Source: a virus
Lineage: Duplodnaviria; Caudoviricetes
Strand: one strand, 5' to 3'
IMG/VR virus record: IMGVR_UViG_3300011423_000002
Location: 1 to 47,509 of that record
DNA length: 47,509 bases
The number at the start of each line of letters is the position of its first letter. Positions within the stretch are counted from its first letter, which is position 1. The translations under genes and the position numbers were made by a program. Positions 43,567 through 47,509 of this stretch are shown in pieces. The notes beneath the pieces are model-generated. The model was given only the letters and a program-made list of their open reading frames with translations. It ran no database searches and was not told the origin of the DNA.

Positions 43567-45872
43567 AAAAAGAACTAGATGATCGTACAAAAAAACTAGT
43601 CAAGGCTTTAGTTGATCATTTTGATAATGAAGATCGTGCAGTAAGGGATCGCCAGATTAAGGTATGGCGTCGGCTCAAGCTACTGTGGGAAAATATTCAG
43701 CACACCTACTACAGTGAAGTCAATCATGATTGGCGTATGCCGGAATGGGATAAATCGGGTTCGGATTCTGATCAAGCGTACTACGATAAGTCGGTCAATA
43801 TTTACCGAGCTTATCTGGAATCAATCATCGCAGCACTCTCTATTACCGTTCCTCCTATTACTTGCTATCCTGATGATGCTGATAACCCCCTGGATATCAG
43901 TACAGCTAAAGCAGGTGATAAGATAGCGGAACTGGTATTCCGTCATAACAATGCGCCCCTGTTGTGGTTACATGGGCTATTTGTGTTCATGACGGAAGGA
44001 ATGACGGCGTGCTACTCGTACACAAAAGAGGATAAGAAATACGGTGAATATGAGACACATGAATTCGAGGAAGTAACTGAGAACTATGAACAGCCTATGT
44101 GTCAGTTTTGTGGTCAGGCGATGGCTGATAGATCCATCGTTACGAATCAGGAAGATAAATTCGCACCAGGAGATATAGATGCTCCATTCATGAGCATCGC
44201 TGATAGACTTGAAATATGCCCCAATTGTGCCCGTCAGGTAGTTCCATCCCTTCAGAAATCAGCAGCCGTAATCACTAAGTTAGTCGGAACAACGAGTCAC
44301 CCAAAATCTCGTGTGTGCATGGAGATTTTTGGTGGTTTGTATGTTAAGGTGCCAGTTTGGGCGCGTAATCAATCAGAGTGTTCGTATCTGATCTATTCTT
44401 ATGAAACTCACTACGCTAATGCATTAGAACAATATCCTGAACTAAGAGATCAGATCAAATCATCTACTGCATTTGATCTGTATGAACAGTGGGGTCGATT
44501 AAGTCCACAGTATAGGGGTGAATATCCGATTCATAACGTCACTGTGAGAAATTGTTGGTTCCGTCCGTGTGCATACAACATCTTGGAAGAAGAAGATGTT
44601 GATTTCATGAAGGAACGGTATCCGAATGGAATCAAAGCGTGCGTAGTGAATGATAAGGTCGCGCACGTAGAGAATCAGGACTTGGATGATGCATGGACTC
44701 TTACCTACAATCCGCTATCGGATTACATTCATTTCGACCCTCTGGCTCTGTTGTTGGTATCTATTCAGGACATTACTAACGATCTTGTATCTCTGGTTCT
44801 TCAAACCGTCGAACACGGTATACCTCAAACGTTCGCAGACCCGAAGGTACTTAATTTTGACGCGTATAGAAATGCAGAGGCCATACCTGGTGGGATTTAT
44901 CCTGCTACACCAAGATCTGGTAAGCCCATCTCAGAAGGATTCTACGAAGTAAAGACTGCTACACTCTCGGGCGAAGTAATGCCATTCGCTGAGAAGATAC
45001 AGGAAATGGGTCAGATGGTATCTGGCTCGCTTCCATCACTATTTGGTGGTCAGATATCTGGAAGTAGGACTGCATCAGAATACTCGATGAGTCGCGCACA
45101 GGCGCTCCAGCGCCTTCAGGGGACGTGGAAAGTACTAATTAGTTGGTGGAAGGAAATATTTGGTAAAGTAATACCGATGTATATTAAAACTATGCAAGAT
45201 GATGAACATAATGTAAAGAAGGATGAATTCGGTAACTTCGTCAATGTGTTCATTCGCAAAGCTGAACTCGAAGGTAAAATTGGTTCAGTCGAATTAGAAG
45301 CTAATGAGAATCTACCGATTACATGGAATCAGCAGAAAGATGCTGTAATGCAATTATTCGAGACTAAAATTCCTGAATTGATGCAAACTCTGCTCACGCC
45401 AGAAAACATACCTTATATCAAGAAGGCAATCGGTCTAGTTGATTACGTCATTCCGGGTGAAGATGATAGACAGAAACAATACGAAGAAATTCAGATGTTA
45501 GTTCAATCTGAACCTATCACTTTACCCCCTGATCCCATGATGATGATGCAGGCCCAACAGATGGGTATGCCTCCACCCCCACCTCAAGAGATTCCATCAA
45601 TTGAGGCTGATATGGATGTGGATAATCATGGACTTGAAGCAGATGTGTGTCGTCGCTGGCTTGTGTCCGATGCGGGTAGACTCGCTAAGAACGAGAATCC
45701 GATGGGATACAAGAATGTATTGTTGCACATGAAGATGCATAAAGACATGATGCAACAATTAATGATGCAGGAGCAGATGGCTCAGATGCAGGCGCAGCAG
45801 CAGGCATCAGTACCACCACCTCCTGGTGGTGATCAAGTTAATGAACCTGAAAACATTGGAACGGTGCAATAA
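43563..45872 (+). CDS. Portal protein with Zn-ribbon insertion
   Basis: Size and position; VNIYRAYLESIIAAL, IQDITNDL, GSRTASEY..SRAQALQRL portal motifs; Q/M/P-rich C-terminus. Confidence 0.85.
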   Translation: MKKELDDRTKKLVKALVDHFDNEDRAVRDRQIKVWRRLKLLWENIQHTYYSEVNHDWRMPEWDKSGSDSDQAYYDKSVNIYRAYLESIIAALSITVPPITCYPDDADNPLDISTAKAGDKIAELVFRHNNAPLLWLHGLFVFMTEGMTACYSYTKEDKKYGEYETHEFEEVTENYEQPMCQFCGQAMADRSIVTNQEDKFAPGDIDAPFMSIADRLEICPNCARQVVPSLQKSAAVITKLVGTTSHPKSRVCMEIFGGLYVKVPVWARNQSECSYLIYSYETHYANALEQYPELRDQIKSSTAFDLYEQWGRLSPQYRGEYPIHNVTVRNCWFRPCAYNILEEEDVDFMKERYPNGIKACVVNDKVAHVENQDLDDAWTLTYNPLSDYIHFDPLALLLVSIQDITNDLVSLVLQTVEHGIPQTFADPKVLNFDAYRNAEAIPGGIYPATPRSGKPISEGFYEVKTATLSGEVMPFAEKIQEMGQMVSGSLPSLFGGQISGSRTASEYSMSRAQALQRLQGTWKVLISWWKEIFGKVIPMYIKTMQDDEHNVKKDEFGNFVNVFIRKAELEGKIGSVELEANENLPITWNQQKDAVMQLFETKIPELMQTLLTPENIPYIKKAIGLVDYVIPGEDDRQKQYEEIQMLVQSEPITLPPDPMMMMQAQQMGMPPPPPQEIPSIEADMDVDNHGLEADVCRRWLVSDAGRLAKNENPMGYKNVLLHMKMHKDMMQQLMMQEQMAQMQAQQQASVPPPPGGDQVNEPENIGTVQ

Positions 45873-47101
45873 TGGCTGATGAATCCACTCCTAGTGAACC
45901 ACTCGATACGATGGATGTAATTGAGCTTCTGGGTGAAGAAGAACCCACTGAACCTCTAGATTTACGTCCTCCTCCATCTAAAGAAGATGATGATTCAGAT
46001 AAAGATGATGAGGATAAAGAGCCTGAGAAAGACGAATTAGAGGAACTGGAAGAAGAATTAAAAGGACCATCTGATGAAGATCTGGAGTTAATGACTCCTG
46101 TACGTCGTAAGGAGATACTGGCGAAGTTCCCTACTCTGTTCAAGGAATTTCCGTATCTTGAGAAGGCGTACTACAGAGATCAGCAATTCACTGAAGTATT
46201 TCCAACTATTCAAGACGCTAGACAATCGGCTGAAAAGGCTCAAATTCTGGATGGATTTGAGAATCTTATCATCAAAGGTGGTGATATTGGTATCGTACTT
46301 CAGGCTGCTAAGGAAGAAAGTCAGGAAGCATTCCATCGCATTGCTGATAATTATCTCCCGGCCCTGAAGAAAGTAGATCAGCAAGCATACTATCATGTGC
46401 TTGGTAATGTACTTAAAGATACCATCGTCACGATGGTTCGTGAGGGTAGATCATTAGGTGAGCAGGGTCAACCACTCACATCAGCAGCTAATATCCTCAA
46501 TCAGTTCATTTTCGGTACGTCGAATTTCCAGCCTCCCACTACGCTGTCTCGTCAACGTGATCCACAGCAAGAAGGTCAGTTGAATGAGGTTCAACAGCAG
46601 AGGCAACAACTATTCTATCAGCAATTTAGTCAAGTTCGGGACGAACTTCAGACGAAGGCTGATAACGTATTGAAGGCTACTATTGAGGGTAACATCGATC
46701 CTAATAAATCGATGACTGAATATGTGCGCGGTAAGGCGATTACTGATGCACAGGAAACCCTCGTCAGTCTGATGGGAAAAGATACGCGATTCCGTGGTCT
46801 AATCGATAGATTGTGGGATAAGGCGTATCAGACTAATTTCGATAAAACTAGTACAGATAGGATCAAATCAGCCTATCTATCGAAGGCCCGTACGCTTCTG
46901 CCTAGCGTCATTAAAAAGGCACGTAGTGAAGCATTGCGCGGTTTGGGTCGCCGTGCTCAGTCAGATGAAATTGAAGAATTGACTCCTAGAAAGAGTCCAA
47001 TCACATCTGGAAAATCCACATCCAATAACAGTGGACGAATTCGTTCGGCAAAGGACATTCCGAAAGATATGTCAACGATGGATTTTCTGATGAAGGACTA
47101 A
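45872..47101 (+). CDS. Capsid scaffolding protein
   Basis: Acidic N-terminus, helical Gln-rich core, between portal and capsid. Confidence 0.75.
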   Translation: MADESTPSEPLDTMDVIELLGEEEPTEPLDLRPPPSKEDDDSDKDDEDKEPEKDELEELEEELKGPSDEDLELMTPVRRKEILAKFPTLFKEFPYLEKAYYRDQQFTEVFPTIQDARQSAEKAQILDGFENLIIKGGDIGIVLQAAKEESQEAFHRIADNYLPALKKVDQQAYYHVLGNVLKDTIVTMVREGRSLGEQGQPLTSAANILNQFIFGTSNFQPPTTLSRQRDPQQEGQLNEVQQQRQQLFYQQFSQVRDELQTKADNVLKATIEGNIDPNKSMTEYVRGKAITDAQETLVSLMGKDTRFRGLIDRLWDKAYQTNFDKTSTDRIKSAYLSKARTLLPSVIKKARSEALRGLGRRAQSDEIEELTPRKSPITSGKSTSNNSGRIRSAKDIPKDMSTMDFLMKD

Positions 47102-47104
47102 CAC

Positions 47105-47509
47105 ATGGCTGTGACCGAAACACAGGTTGCTGCGTTGGAACTTGAGCGTGTGATTCCGAAAGTACGTGTACTTTTTGAACGCGACGACAAGTTTTACGCC
47201 AACATCAAGAAGCGAGATGTAGAGAAAATCTCGCACCGGCAGATGCGCGTGCCTCTTGAGATTCGTCCTGGTGGTTCGTTCGGATACTTCAATCCAGATG
47301 GTGGTGATCTGGGTCGAGGTGGTGGACCACAGTTCGATAAGGCCGTGCTCAATTCAGTATTCTGTTCAGAGAGTATTGAATACACCAAGCTCACTCAGTG
47401 GGCTACGGATGATGAACGGAAGGCCGTTGTCAACAGTGTGCGTAGACTTACGGCTACTGCACTCGATGAAATGCGCCGTCAGCTCGACTCGCAGATGATG
47501 CAGGTCGGT
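47105..47509 (+). CDS. Major capsid protein, 5' part (continues in frame into 1-969; about 416 aa total)
   Basis: ATG at 47105 after aaggac RBS-like sequence; MAVTETQVAALELERVIPK... open to the end; 47387-47105=282 keeps frame with position 1; follows portal and scaffold. Confidence 0.85.
   Translation, partial: MAVTETQVAALELERVIPKVRVLFERDDKFYANIKKRDVEKISHRQMRVPLEIRPGGSFGYFNPDGGDLGRGGGPQFDKAVLNSVFCSESIEYTKLTQWATDDERKAVVNSVRRLTATALDEMRRQLDSQMMQVG
47387..47509. repeat. Terminal direct repeat (right copy)
   Basis: Exact copy of 1-123. Confidence 0.97.

Noticed and set aside
47387-47509. 123-bp terminal repeat as a biological DTR
   Set aside because: It lies in the middle of the capsid ORF and is best explained as assembler overlap
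1-47509. tRNA, rRNA or self-splicing introns
   Set aside because: No cloverleaf/T-loop signature noticed and no interrupted terL, polA or capsid frames; a tRNAscan/Infernal run would be needed to exclude them fully

Overview
The window is an apparently complete, circularly assembled genome (47,386 bp unique; bases 47387-47509 repeat bases 1-123) of a tailed dsDNA phage with podovirus-type morphogenesis genes. No integrase or clear repressor is visible, so it is probably lytic. Plus strand (36281 through the join to 18699): HTH/terminase-small candidate, Ig-like protein, glycoside-hydrolase-like lysin candidate, large terminase, holin-like membrane protein, a Gly/Met/Gln/Pro low-complexity protein, LAGLIDADG endonuclease, portal, scaffold, major capsid (split by the window ends), decoration-like proteins, adaptor, nozzle, AT-rich fibre/receptor-binding genes and three ejection-type proteins. 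Minus strand (35791 down to 18677): small early genes, a duplicated ~120-aa gene, LAGLIDADG endonuclease, SprT-protease/SNF2-helicase fusion, PD-(D/E)XK nuclease + Sak4-like ATPase + DUF669-like SSB, cold-shock-domain protein, UDG-family A polymerase fusion and a DUF3987-like helicase. No primase or RNA polymerase is recognisable. The most unusual signals are: (1) strand-specific CGTACAGC motifs set at a near-fixed distance from C-GNA-G triloop DNA hairpins with compensatory stem changes; (2) a nozzle gene apparently broken in three, with inserted genes that seem to donate the missing beta-strands; (3) a ~310-nt nested RNA structure that can sequester an RBS; (4) two promoter classes, each with its own conserved leader, one boxA-like. 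All functional calls come from motif recognition by eye; no database searches or folding programs were run.
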